Positions 50,213-63,630 of a DNA stretch of 64,000 nucleotides are shown in pieces. Both the position numbers and the translations under genes were made by a program. Where the stretch lies: positions 42,718,001 to 42,782,000 of the forward strand of contig NC_086374.1 of the NCBI RefSeq assembly GCF_036588685.1, read 5' to 3'. Source of the stretch: Mytilus trossulus. Its lineage: Eukaryota. Numbering within the stretch: position 1 is the first letter of the stretch; every line of letters begins with the position of its first letter. A model generated the notes under the pieces. It saw only the letters and a list, made by a program, of their open reading frames with translations. It made no database searches and was not told the DNA's origin.

Positions 50213-52087
50213 TGCGTCGATTGAAATGAGGACTGACGAATCAACATGACTTTATGTGTTCTCCCTAACAGAAGTTCATCAGAAAACTCGAATTTGATTT
50301 AATTAAAACAAAAATATTCTATGCCATTCATTTGTCTAGCAACACATATTTTAATAGTTGTTCATGTGGAAATTATTTTCAGAATATTTCTTCAATTTGG
50401 AACTAGCATTTTAAAGGAAATTTTATTCTACAACTTCAACATCCCATGGGTTGTAGCTTGTCAGCTATTTTTCCGAATTTAAAAGATATGAAAATAGTAA
50501 AATCACAAAAAAACTGAACTCCGAGGAAAATTCAAATCGGCGAGTTCTCAATCAAATGGCAAAATCAAAGCTAAAACATATCAAACGAATGGATAACAAC
50601 TTTACTTGGTACAGGCATTTTCTATGTAGAAAATCGTGGATTAAACCTGGTTTTATAGCTAGCTAAACCTCTCACTTGTATGACAGTCGCAACAAATTTC
50701 GTTATATTGAAAACGATGTGTGAACAATTCAAACAGACATAATAGGTAAAAATTTCAAAAATAGGGGTACAGCTGTCAACATTGTGTAATAATCTTAATT
50801 ATTTCAATGGAAAGAATACATGCACCTTTATTCAAAAATATTTTAAATCATATATGGACTTTATCCTTAATTTTGAAATAGGTGTCAGCGTTTAAGAGGG
50901 TTAAGACAAATACAATATATATAAAGTTCAGGTAATATTTTATAACTATATAGTATGAGCTAGTCTGTAATCACTGGTATTAAAGAGATAATAGTAACTG
51001 CAATTACGATTATCCCAATATGGCGACGGCAGATATAGGTAAAATCTTTACAGTCATTTTACTCAAATGTAGCAAGTTTTTGTCACTAGTTACTCAGCTG
51101 CAAGGTTTTTCTATACCATTAAATTATATTTGAATCGTAACGGTGCACTGGAATTGTCTAAGCGCTTTGAAAATTGCCGTTGAAAAATTCGGGATGATAA
51201 TCGTAACTCGGATAAAAAGATACTCGTAATTATGGTATTAAAAAATGCGAATATAATCGTAACTGGATAGTGTTTTATTGATATTGACACTAAAAACGTA
51301 TATCTGATAGCACATGATGAAATTATGGTGATGAATTAATCACGTTTCAACATCTTATGACATATCTTTTTGTGGATATATTATGAATGGTTCTAATGAA
51401 AACAACTACATACTATTATATCATAAAATTGGAAGGGTGAACAAGCTTTAAGAAATTTGGATATGGGAAAAACACGAACTATGTTAAAATACAGAAAACT
51501 CCCAAGAACTAGGAATGTCAAAAAATATGGGAATGAGCGATGAGGCAATTTTATAGGAAGTTATGATATATGGCAATAATTGTCAGGGGAAACGCATGAG
51601 TCACCCTACATCAGATTTGTGATTAATAAGATTGAGAATGGAAGTGGGGAATGTATCACAGAGACAACAACCTGGCCATACAAAAAAACATTAATAGAAG
51701 GTCACCAATAGATCTTCAATTTCGCGAGAAATTCCCGCTCCCGGAGGCGTCCTTCAGCTGGCCCTAAGACTGTTCAAGAACATTGATTTATCCTGAATAA
51801 AAACATAGTAAATATAATAATTATTGTTTTAAATCATTTAATGCAGGTGCTATGTGTGCTATTTCTTCCCCCGGGAAGCGACTGCTGGTTCAATTCTAGT
51901 CCATATCCGTTATGCCATAATGAAGTAGGAAAGACGTTTAGTATTCGCTAGAGACAGTTTGACGAGAAATTAAGAACAACAGTTTTGCACTTTTGGGTAA
52001 AGGGATATTGCTACCCCCCCCTCCATTTTCTCCCAAAAAAAACCACCTTAAACGCGCACATAACATTGAAACTTTGAAAACAATTAG

Positions 52088-52548
52088 AATAAAATTGAGA
52101 ATGGAAATGGGGAATGTGTCAAAGAGACAACAACCCGACCAAAATAAAAAAAACACAACAGCAGAAGGTCACCAACAGGTCTTCAATGTAGCGAGAAATT
52201 CCCGCACCCGGAGGCGTCCTTCAGCTGGCCCCTAAACACATATATACTACTTCAGTGATAATGAACGCCATACTAATTTCCAAATTGTACACAAGAAACT
52301 AAAATTTGAATAATACAAGACTAACAAAGGCCAGAGGCTCCTGACTTGGGACAGGCGCAAAAATGCGACGGGGTTAAACATGTTTGTGAGATCTCAACCC
52401 TCCCCCTATACCTTTAACCAGTGTAGAAAAGTAAAAGCATAACAATACGCACATTAAAATTCAGTTCAAGAGAAGTCCGAGTCTGATGTCAGAAGATTTA
52501 ACCAAAGAAAATAAACAAAATGACAATAATACATAAATAACAACATCT
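52088..52548 (-). repeat. Copy of the Penelope-like 3' tail nested in the TIR element (shorter copies at 51625-51767 and ~54650-54800)
   Basis: Colinear with 23191-23650. Confidence 0.85.
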
Positions 52549-53723
52549 ACTTACCACAATACCTGACCCGACAGCTGCTTCATTGTCAATATATTGAACA
52601 GGTACATAGATATAAGAAGATGCGGTGTGAGTACTAATGTCTGTAATGAGACAACTCTCCATCCAAATAACAATTTCAAAAAAGTAAACTATTATAGGTT
52701 AATGTACGACCTTCAGCATGTATACATTAAAAGGTAATACACATTGTTGTCTGTTGTAAGGGCAATTTTCAATAAAAGTGTGAATTTCAGACCTAAACAA
52801 ATTAGAAATCAACTTGTCAAAATTTTTATTTCTAGAGTTATTTTGAATACCTCTATTGTAGACCTGTTTGTAAATAAAAATAAAAAGTGCAATCTTAAAT
52901 ACTCTTTAAAATGATATATTTCATAATGTATGTACTGTTTCGCAGGGGACATTTGTCCACTACGAAACAGCTTTTAAACGCACATCTTATTGCATTTTAA
53001 TGTCTCCTATAGACATTCTAGTTTGTTTTACTTTATAAACTAGAAAGATCTCATATTTTTCTGACTGATGTGAGAACCATTTTTTATCGATAAATATTAG
53101 ACAGTACTTCACATATAAACGTACAACTTATATGTTACGTGGTGGACATTTTCATGAGTGTCTAGTGGACAAAACCGTTTGGATCGTAGTGGACAAAAAG
53201 TTTCGTAGTTGACATCAACCCTATACTATGTTGATAACATACTGAAAATTACATTAAACTAACCCTTGCTATTTGTTTTGCACGAAAAGAATTGAAAAAA
53301 ATTAAAATCTCCAATACTTGTTTCGTAGGTGACCGTTTTGTAGGGGACATATTTACATGGTTTTTATCCCACAATCTCCATATTGCAATAGTAACAAGAA
53401 AGATTATATTCATCAAAACACGTATTAAGCTGTACACTGATTTTGTTTCATAATTTTAGAACCAGATACTGAAGGAGATTTGAACAGTTTCGAAGTGGAC
53501 ATTAACAAAAAATACGGTATCACTCTGGTCTATTTGATGTGCTCTTTTTGTCAACAATTAAAGTGCCGTTATTAAAACATCACTTTTTTGTAAGACCCTT
53601 ATGTTTATATATCTTGCAAACATTGAGCATGAATGTTGAATAGGGCGTCTAGGGAAATGCCAGGAATCCATAGCTTATTAGTCCCTCTAAAAATATTATG
53701 TTTCTTTGCTTAAAAACATGTTA

Positions 53724-53889
53724 AATCTAAATCCATGTAATGACTGCACAAAAAATTACTTGTAAAGATCAAAAACTTTAATCTAATTCCATGTAATGAC
53801 TGCACAAAAAATTACTTGTAAAGATCAAAAACTTTAATCTTATTCCATGTAATGACTGCACAAAAAAATTACTTGTAAAGATCAAAAAC
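53724..53889. repeat. Three near-identical ~56-bp tandem repeats
   Basis: AATCTAATTCCATGTAATGACTGCACAAAAAATTACTTGTAAAGATCAAAAACTTT x3. Confidence 0.9.
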
Positions 53890-55388
53890 ATTTTTTTTTA
53901 AAGTGGCTGGGACAGGAAATCACGGTTTTGTAAAAAAAACAAAAAAACGCCAATAAATCGAGAGATATATAAGTAAATTTGCCTTGAATATTAACCTGTA
54001 AGTTTCTTCTTCTTTTTTATATTTTCCGTTAATGTCATCCATTAACTGTACATTTGCATTTTAATACACACAATACCACTAAAATGCTGAAAGACACATT
54101 TAATTTTTCAGTTACTATTATCCGATAAAGAAATTACGATTATCAAACAAGAAAAAATCCATAGAGTTACGATTATTATCCCGAATTTTTCAACGGCAAT
54201 TTTCAAAGCGCTTAGACAATTCCTGTGCACCATTACGATTCAAATATGATGTAATGGTATAGAAAACCTTGCAGCTGAGTAACTAGTGACAAAAACATGC
54301 TACATTTAAGTAAATTGACTGTAAAGATTTTACCTATATCTGCCGTCGCCATATTGGGATAATCGTAATTGCAGTTACTATTATCTCTTTAATACCAGTG
54401 GTAATGGAGTTCTGCTGTGATTTTTGTCAAAAAGCTATGACCACTAACAAGTTGAATAAAAGATGAAACTGGATCTCGAGTTGGTATAGAAACTTTAAAT
54501 TGTTATATATCTATATAACTAAACTCTTTATAAAAAGGAATTAATATTCCATGCAAGCGCATGCAGTAGAAGTAAACAGATTTTGGTGATGATGAAATAA
54601 ATTGCATATTTACGATAAAAACATGCTTATTTTCTTTGAGCCTGCTAGTACACATTTTCGTTTAGAGGCCAGCATAAGCCCGCCTCCGTGAGCGTGATTT
54701 GTTCGCTGTGTTGAAGTATCATGTGTGGCCTTGTGGTGTTTTCTGCTCTTATTTCAGGTTGTTGTCCCTTTGACACAATTTTCATTTCCATTCTAAATTT
54801 TAGAATATGATATGAAATCTGCTTTCTAATAGACTGACAAGCAGGTTCCAATTTTGATACTGTGAATTGAAAGGGAAACATTCTACAAGAAGCGAGTCAC
54901 CCTACCTGCACAAATTATGCTGACTGAGAACGGACCAGCATGTGTTCTTTCTTAATGCTGCGTGCTTAAAAAAGGCATGCAGTGGTAAAGTGGTTAGTTT
55001 CCTAGAATGGTTTAATCTATCTTTTAAAAATTCTATATTCAATTTTTAAGGATTAAACATAAAAACACGTTGATGAAGTCATAGTCACATAACGAAATTA
55101 TGTCTATGATCTGTTTTAATTTTTTTTTAGCAAATCAGAAGAAATGTTACATCCAAAATTGAATTATAGTCAAATAGACCTTTATTTATAAAGAAAATGC
55201 TCATAAATTTTACAAATCAAGGTATCATGATGTACAGTAACTATTTAAAACTTGTGCTACTTTTGGTATGATTGACACATTTCTGAACGAACGAAAATTC
55301 TTTTGAATGACGTTCAACGAGGAGAATGCGAAAGACCCTGGATAAGGTTTATATATGTGTTTCATCCTAATGGCATCACCAGACAGAA

Positions 55389-55560
55389 CCAGAAGCGGAT
55401 TTAGGGTGGACAGGGTGACCCCCCCCCCCCCCCCACACACACTTTTTTTGGGGAAAAATTGGTTGCTTATATAGGAAATCACTGAAGCGTGACTGGAGCG
55501 GGCCGCCCCTCTTAGGTAGTCAATGGGCCCCCACTTATGAAATTTTTAGATCCGCCAGTG
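55389..55560. mobile_element. Short GC-rich MITE (GCGGAT...ATCCGC termini)
   Basis: cagaagcggattta / tagatccgccagtg imperfect TIRs with an internal C-run; no clear TSD. Confidence 0.5.
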
Positions 55561-57225
55561 TGAACTTGCACTTTTCGGTGTCTTTGTGAATTTTAATCAA
55601 TAACGGCCGACTTGCCATAGTCACACTTATTCTGTCACGATTATTTTTCTCAATATACCGAATGAAAGTTGTATATTGTAATGTCTAGCTCTCAGTGTTT
55701 ATCCAGAAAACTGCAGGCGAATGTTCTTAACATTGTATTAAGATTTAAATGTTTACTACATACTGAGGATTCATGCATGGCTTCGTTCAGTTGAATGTTG
55801 TATTCGTCCATAATACTTTGCTCTATACATTAGATTTTCATTTTGATCAACAAACATGAACAAAAATAGACGGGACACGGTTTTTTTCATTGGGCAAAAA
55901 AGCAAAGTAAAAATTAAAAGAGTTGCGATGGTGACAGTAAAATAGCAAAGACCTAGGACACATATAAAACAATTATAGTATATGTCTCAGCAAAAACTTT
56001 AATAGTAATTAAATGGATGAAATGTTTCTCATAAGATTTGTGTTACTCTGTGTTGAAAAAAAATATCAGTAAGTTTTAGTTTTAGTTCTCTCTCTGATTT
56101 CCTCTGGTTGGCGGGTTTTTTGGGACCGGGGACAATGTGACAATAAAAAAACATGATTCCCTTTATTGACTATGTTTGTGTAATCCCCCCCCCCCTTTTA
56201 TTGATTTTTTCTTTAATTTGTAGTATCTAAGTCATGTAAGTGATAATACTTCAAAAAATAGTGTCTGAATAAATAAAGAGGAGTGATTTGTTCCCGAGAT
56301 TCAATATTCTCCGGGAAGCTTTGGGATTTTATCAATAACTATGTCCGTGTGTTAAGGGTCATGGCCGAGAGCTTGCACCCAGGCTGGCCCAATATAATAT
56401 GACTACTGTCGAACAGTGAGTCAGAATCCCAGCATGAGGAGACCGCGAAATGAAATCCTTTTCTTGTATTTTTACATGTTTTAAGGTAAGTAATCAAACT
56501 TTTTGCACAACAAATCTTATTATAAACACGCTGGTGGAATTATTTTTAATTGTCTTAGGTTAAAATAGACAAATATGGGGAATTTACTGTGTTCTTGGGT
56601 CGTTTATAGATCTTTATCAGCGTTAAAAACACAGGTGGAATTCTTCATGTTATAAATCTTTATTGAATATAAATGCACATTGGTATCCATATGGGTTGAA
56701 GGCATACATAAATCAAAATAATAATTTTACAAAATATCATACAGAAAAACCAACAAAACAACAAAACATTATATACATATATGTATCTATCATGCAGTTG
56801 TTGAGTCCAGAGACATATATACACATATATGTGTATATATGTCTCTGTTGAGTCCACCCTCCTCAGTGACCATGACTTTTAAACAAATGAAGTAGCATAC
56901 TGCATAATTGACGGACAAGAAAGACACAAAACCAATTTATCCAAATTATCCATATTATCTATATCAGAATAGATATTTCTAACTTTCAAAGACAAAACTG
57001 TGATATTGCATAATTCCGGAAATCTTCAATGTCTCAAACGGAGACGTGACACAACTTTTATTTTTACTCGAACTGGTTCCTTGTTGATTTTTTGTGTATC
57101 AATTTCGTTAAGTAGATTGATTAAGAACCAGATATGATCCTGTTGAAATTTTTTCCATAACTTTTGAATGTCACAAGATCCATAGTTGGTAACTGTATAT
57201 TGAGGTGACTAAGCTTGTTTAAGTC

Positions 57226-58353
57226 ATGACACAAAGAGTGTTAGGAAGACTTTCTTCTCGAAAGTTAAAATATTTTATCGGAGAAAGATCAAATTCGCTA
57301 AATGTAGTCGATTTTAAAAGTCAACACATCTCAGAATTGCATCATTCCAGACATTATGTTGGACGTACAAACCAAAACAAGTCATTTATTATCTCAAAAT
57401 TAGAAAGTATATTAAAAAGAAAACTGAAAGATACAAGATTAATTTCAAAACGATGTAATTCCTCAAAGTCTGATCCTGTAGATTCAAAGGCTACCCCCAT
57501 ATCCGAACCTCAGAAAATTTCCTTATCTGAATCACAAACAACGATCATTTCCAAACCACAGACACTGGGCAGCAATCCTGCAATATCTGAACCACAGACA
57601 ATAACAGCAACTACCGCCATATCAGAACCACAGACAATAGCCAGCACTACCAGTACCGCCATATCTAAACCACAGACAACTGCTAGTACCACTGTGAAAT
57701 TGTCATCCTCTGCTGGTCCAACAAAGGTTTTGACCAAAGCAACAACTTCTAGTTCTTCTCTCCAATCAGAAGAATGGAGATCTATAAATCCTGCAGCAAC
57801 AAAAGAAGTAAAACTCTTCTATTTTGACACCTTAAGTTTAGCAAACAAGTTTCACAGCAAAGGGTTTTCAAGAGAACAATCAGTTTGCATGGTGGAGGCA
57901 TTTATTGAGGTTCTTAATACATCAATTGAACATCATACTAAGAACATGGTTACAAAACCCGAACAGGAAATCATGGTGCAACAACTTCTTGCACAGATTG
58001 GTGCAGTGAAAAAAGACATGGTTATATTAGAAAAAAGTGAATTTACTATGTTGCGAAATGAAAATCAAATGCAAACTGCAGAAATCCTTCAAATGAAAAC
58101 TTATGTTTCTGATGAAATATCAAAGCTGAAAGGTCACGTCAAACTAGATATTAATTTAGAAAGGAGTAGGTCAATGGAGGCACATGCAGAAAATGAAAAA
58201 CAATTGCAAATTGTTCGCAACAAAATTGATACAGATGTTGCTAATTTAAAAACTACATATGAACAATATAGAAATGATATAATAAAGAATACTGTAGGTA
58301 CTATTGTGTCTTGTACACTAGTGGCATTAGCTGCACTGAGATTAATGGGTTAA
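57226..58353 (+). CDS. MCUR1: MCUR1/CCDC90-family (DUF1640) mitochondrial coiled-coil protein; single coding exon
   Basis: Basic N-terminal presequence; FYFDT...GFSREQS, VKKDMVILEKSEF..LR.EN, KLDINLERSR, C-terminal TM. MCUR1 versus CCDC90B orthology cannot be resolved by eye. Confidence 0.85.
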   Translation: MTQRVLGRLSSRKLKYFIGERSNSLNVVDFKSQHISELHHSRHYVGRTNQNKSFIISKLESILKRKLKDTRLISKRCNSSKSDPVDSKATPISEPQKISLSESQTTIISKPQTLGSNPAISEPQTITATTAISEPQTIASTTSTAISKPQTTASTTVKLSSSAGPTKVLTKATTSSSSLQSEEWRSINPAATKEVKLFYFDTLSLANKFHSKGFSREQSVCMVEAFIEVLNTSIEHHTKNMVTKPEQEIMVQQLLAQIGAVKKDMVILEKSEFTMLRNENQMQTAEILQMKTYVSDEISKLKGHVKLDINLERSRSMEAHAENEKQLQIVRNKIDTDVANLKTTYEQYRNDIIKNTVGTIVSCTLVALAALRLMG

Positions 58354-60049
58354 TATTTAGACAATTAACCAACATACATGTAGCATGCATAAACATGTTT
58401 TGGTTTTTTTTCAATGATGAAAAACAAAGATCCAAAATTTTATAAATCTCAGATTTCCTAAGCTTTTGAATCAATATATGGTAGGTCATAATAGTATTAG
58501 TAATGACAAAAAATGTTTGATTTGATTGATATTTTATCCCTCTGTCATAATTTTACAGTGAAATTTTCATTATTGTATCAACCTCTAGTTGAAAAAAAAA
58601 AATCTTTTCAGAATAAAATATGCTGCCTGAAGATACATGTACATGTATATTGGAACTGAAAACTGTATTTGGCAATTATTTTTGTATGGCAGATGGATGA
58701 TCATAGTGGATAATATAAAATGTCCTTTAATCTATTTGTTTTACAATGATTCATTCATATGATCCATCCAAGGTTATTTTTACATTACTTCATGTACATT
58801 CTGTGGAAAAATTTTAAGTTTAAAACTTTTTTCCTGAAGGAGAGCTAGAGTTATCTCTCTTTTGTTGTTGAATTTTGAGAATCTATATAATTAATAATTA
58901 AAGATTTACAGATTTTCCTTCTTTTTTTTTTGTGTATACCACATGGCATGCCAGCCAAATGGTTCACCACTAGTTTACTATAGTGTAGATGAAACTTTAT
59001 GTAATAAGGGGTGAAACAATTTTTAAAATTCTACCCAGTTTAAAACATGTACAATGTAATTATCTCAAGTGATGGTTTTGTCTGTTAGTTAATGATTATC
59101 ATTTTTAGTTGTTACACATTTATATTGTTTTCTATGAAGTGAAAATACATCTTTTGAACTGAAGTCTTATGGATTTTCTGTCCTTCAGCACAAATCAAAG
59201 TCATAAACCTTTTTTTTTTTTTTTTTAGATATGTTGTTTTTATAGCTTTATGTAAACTTGTCTACTTGGAAAGCTTACGGGTCTACAAATTTTACTAGAC
59301 CATTCATATTATTCTAGACAAAAGTACCTTGTGTATACCCTGTTTTTAAAATATTAAATATCAGTACTTTTTTAAACAAGCATGAACATTGTGGAGCTAG
59401 CCTCTATGAAAATCCAACACGAGTTCAAACTTTTCTACATTATATGAACTTTTGTATGGCTTGTCAATCTCATCATATCCATATTTTCAACAGACTTGTT
59501 AATTTACTGTTTGTTATCATTATTATACAAATTAACTTGAATATGTATTTGTAATTTTGTATGATGCATGTTTGTTTTAATATCTTTATAAAAAAAATTA
59601 TATTGGCTAGGCCAATAACAAAAATCAGAGATGTTATCCAACAATATTTTTTTTATTGTGATCGTTGGGTGGGCATGTAATTTTTTCTAAATATTTGTAA
59701 AAGGTATTGCAAAATAAAAGAAACTAGCTAGATATCAAATTAAAATAATTTTCTCTGAAACATAGGGTCAGCTGGCCATGAATAAGAATTTTTTATTATG
59801 ACTGGTTGTGCTTTAAACAAGTCTATATAATTGTGTACAAGTTTATGTAAAAGGAGCAGGGTTACAGAGGGCATTGATATTCTTGTTTTTTTCTTCTGTG
59901 AACTACAATACATGTTTACTCTGTGATTTATTTATGCAAATAAATGATATTATATTTACCAGTTTAATATTTTTTACTTGTAGCTTACTTTAATACAACT
60001 GTTTTATAATTTCTTGTTATGACTGGCCTTTATTTGTTTTTGAAAGTCT

Positions 60050-60650
60050 TGTTTGACCCTACACGTATGGTCGGACCATATGAGTATTATACTCGTTTGG
60101 TTATTAACGGGCCGGACCATATAGGTTTTTTTTTTAAATAATATATGCAATAGCTAACGTTTAAATAATGCAATAAACTTTATTTAAAAAAAAATTATGG
60201 GGACATAAAAATGTATTAATTTTACAATTCAAAGGCTACATCTACATTAAATATAGATGCCACAGTCCGTTGATCTTAGTTTTAATCACTAATTGTATTC
60301 TGGCATGTATGCTTAGAATGACATTTACTTCCACACAGTACCATAACTTTCCTGCATTTGCACATATGGGTTGTGCACGAGCCTTTTTCGGTTACACATT
60401 TTGTTTGCGAATGACAAGCTAGTTTTCAGTTTGCAGCTGCATGAAGTGATATCAAGGTTTCGGGCCATTCCAATGTATCTACTGTGTTTCTAAGCAGCCG
60501 TAGATCTCCAATATCGTAACATAACTGCAGTACATCATATTCACATATCAAATTAAATAAACTATTGTCCTTGCTGGTGATGTCCTTTACTTTACATAAT
60601 AAACGTGGTAAATCACTAGACCCGGTATATGTAAAGTAACAAAAAATCCT
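60050..60650 (-). mobile_element. Remnant 3' end of a Ginger2-like (integrase-type) DNA transposon
   Basis: TGT-starting terminus with ATGGTC/GACCAT repeats at 60050-60125; minus-strand CTTHMCKCRKVMVLCGSKCHSKHTCQN Cys cluster. Confidence 0.5.
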
Positions 60651-62705
60651 TTTACCAAATGTGCATTTGATTTTAACATCTTCCTATTGTACTTACAAAT
60701 AGTGAGTGAAATAAACTGTGTGAAACTGCTTATTCTATTCAATCCATCTTTTTTATTATTGATATAACTTTCTTAATTTGTTTTTAAGTGTATGGATCTC
60801 TCTGAAATAATACCACAAGTTTTCATACTTTTAGGTTATGGCTCAAACCGTTTAGGAATAGGGTTAAAAAAGGGGGGAAACAAGGGTCCCTTGGTTAAGG
60901 ACAATTAAGACAATTTTAAAGCAGTGGGAGAGAGGTAATCCAAAAGTAATTCAAACATTTTATATTGAACAACCTCCCTTACACTGCTTTAAAATTATGT
61001 ATAAAGAAATACTGTATTTTCTTGAGGTGGTTAGCTGTCAGTTTACTTTAAGAAGTTTATACTAGTAAGTAATGCTGATGTATTTATTTTCTTTTAAGTC
61101 TTTTAAATTAAAAGATGTATTTAAATGGGTAATTATTGTTGCATCTCCAATAGAAATTCTGACCATAAATTGAAGGAAAGAATTATTTTTGGAAAAAGGG
61201 TGGGGAAGGTGAGAAAAAAAATTGGGAAGGGATGATACAATTAATTTTTTTCGAGTTGGGGTAAATATGCAACAGTACAGTGATTTGTATAAAATGAAAA
61301 TAAATGGGGTAATTTGTTTTGGAGTAGTCAATTTGCAACAGCCATAGTATGAGTATATTACCAATTCTAAGTTCAACTACAGTTGTTCTGAGTCCAAAAC
61401 CTATTATGTGTCGAATATTTAATTACAATCAAAATTAAAACCTGTAGCCACAACGGTTCAGGGTTGGACCTCTGGTCGTATTTAATTATTTGTCTCTCCT
61501 AGGATGAAAGTTGGATTATGAGAGATATATAGGGATTACTAATTGAGCGGTTTACTAGTAAATTGTTTATATTTCAGAAGGTAGAATAGTCCTTATTTGA
61601 CGAAGGTTCCCTCAGTCATATATACATGTATATAATAAGAAGATGTGGTATGAGTGCCAATGAAACAACTCTTCATCCAAATCATATTTGTAAAAGTTAA
61701 CCCTTATTGGTCAAAGTACGGTCTTCAACACAGAGTTTTAGCTCACACTGAACTGCTATCTATAAAGGTCCCAAAAATTACTAGTAATTTAAAACCCTTC
61801 AAATGGGAAAACCAACGGTCTAATCTATATAAAAAAATGAGAAACACTAACGAACCACATCAACAAATGACAATTACTGAACTTTAGATTCTAGCCTTAA
61901 TTAGAACGGGTTCAAACAAATGCAGTAGGTTTAAACGTTTTAAAAATGGCATGTACCAACCTTTACGCTTATCTAACACCATAGTGTAACATCACAACAC
62001 AGAAATGTAATAAGGGGTTAGATGTTAAAACAAATTTAGAAAAACTACCATAGCCTTGAACAAATGTTGCAAAATATGTCCATTGTTCTGCGCCTCATTT
62101 TCATGGTTCTAGGGCAGAAAAAAAGTCATGTCAATTTCTCGTTGTGATGAGTAAATAGGATAACTATATTTGGTATATGGATTTCTTGCAACGTATTCAT
62201 GTTGTTGGCCTCCGTTAAATACTTGGTTTCTCATGTCATACGTCAGAGATAAAATTCAGTACATTACCGAAAAGACAGTAACTGACAAAAACGGGCGATA
62301 TTTACTAAACTCTTCAATAAGGAGGTATACAATTGTTAATAGACAGACGAAGTTCACCCAAGTTAGGAGACAGAGACATATTATATGAAAGATACAAGTT
62401 AATACAGGTAATTAACACTTACCCCAAACCTACACAAAAGAGATGATAATAATACACCTTACACTTGATATTCATAACAGAAAACACAAACCGTTATGTA
62501 GTACAAATTAAATTTAGATCTATCATCTGAGACTACACTCTACAGTACTAGTTTACACTACAAACTTTGCTTTTGTTTGAAGTTCTTTAAAATCCTCAAA
62601 TTGAGAAATGTTGTTTGATTTGCAGAGTCCTTTCTGAAAATGTGCATTCAGTGTAATTGTTTTGTTATTATCTTGCAATAAAGAATAATGGATACTTATA
62701 TAACT

Positions 62706-62910
62706 TTTTTAGCTCACCTGGCATAGCCATGTGAGCCTATGCCATCACTTGGCGTTCATCGTCGTCCGTTGTCTGTCGTCGTCCGTTGTCTGTCGTCGTC
62801 CGTTGTCTGTTGTCGTCGTCGTAAACTATTTCAAGAATATTCTCCTCTGAAACTACTAGGCCAAATACTTCCAAACTTTAACTGAATGTTCCTTAGGGTA
62901 TCTAGTTTTT
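62706..62910 (+). mobile_element. 5' end of a HINE/Helentron-like element (TTAGCTCACCTG hairpin plus CGTCGTCCGTTGTCTGT repeats)
   Basis: Hairpin gctcac..gtgagc followed by a microsatellite-like tract. Confidence 0.7.
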
Positions 62911-63399
62911 TTATCTACTCACATCTATTCAAAATATTTTCAACTTTAAAAAAATATATTGACTATATTCGATATTACAAAAAAAAACACAGACAAGTGT
63001 TATAGAAGCCTCTGATGTTAATAAAATGTACCTGGAAAAAAATACAATCACAACCATTTTCGTATCAACTTAAAATATTTCATCTTTCTGGTACTCCAAA
63101 TATATTCACACTTACCTGTTGTCATCCATCATTGATACTTTTTACAAATTTGATTTATACTAATTAAAAGTCTCTATAGTTTATTCCTTATAATTTATTA
63201 TGGGGCCTGATCGAGTTTGGACGGATCGACCTGGGCCGGATTGACTTGGGGCTGAATGGGTTTGGGGCCAGAACAACCGAATACCACTACAATAACATGT
63301 ATACAAGGAAGAAGTGACAGTGGATAATTATGAGAAAATTATATAAAAAGAAAAGAGAGGCATATAAATCATTACAGAAATCAAGTACCTTTTAATAAT

Positions 63400-63630
63400 G
63401 AGTTTGTCACCAACTAACATTCATTAAAACAAGTTATATGATGAAGAAGGTAATATGTTGTTCAATGGACTTTTTTTTTAATGAGGTTATCTCTCACGTT
63501 GTTAGTTATAGGATGAACATTTTAAAAGGAAGTGTTGTTCATCTCCAATGTCTCCACTGTTGCAGCAAAGACATACTCTACTCTGCTTTGGTATTTTTAT
63601 ACATCACCCTCTTTCAATAAATAAAGTATG
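63400..63630 (-). mobile_element. Decayed LINE C-terminal CCHC region (a similar remnant lies on + at ~33905-34130)
   Basis: Minus-strand IERG...RVCLCCNSGDIGDEQHFLLKC. Confidence 0.6.

Larger units (their letters stand above)
50972..54400. mobile_element. 3.4-kb non-autonomous DNA transposon: ~238-bp TIRs, CACTG...CAGTG termini, 5-bp TSD GTAAT (Transib/RAG-like signature)
   Basis: GTAAT|CACTGGTATT... and ...AATACCAGTG|GTAAT; TIRs 50972-51209 and 54164-54400, first 85 bp identical. The structure is certain, the superfamily is inferred. Confidence 0.85.

Noticed and set aside
51320-51620. Purine-rich, coding-looking stretch inside the CAC element
   Set aside because: Stops in the frames I read and no recognisable transposase motif; cannot support a call.
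54285-54400. ACAAAAACA nonamer-like sequence in the TIR suggesting a true RSS
   Set aside because: It lies ~100 bp from the terminus and in the wrong orientation relative to the CAC end; there is no 12/23 spacing.
62560-63140. Possible small spliced minus-strand ORF (donor ~63117, acceptor ~62633)
   Set aside because: The joined product is only ~30 aa with no recognisable features, in a region of repeat remnants.
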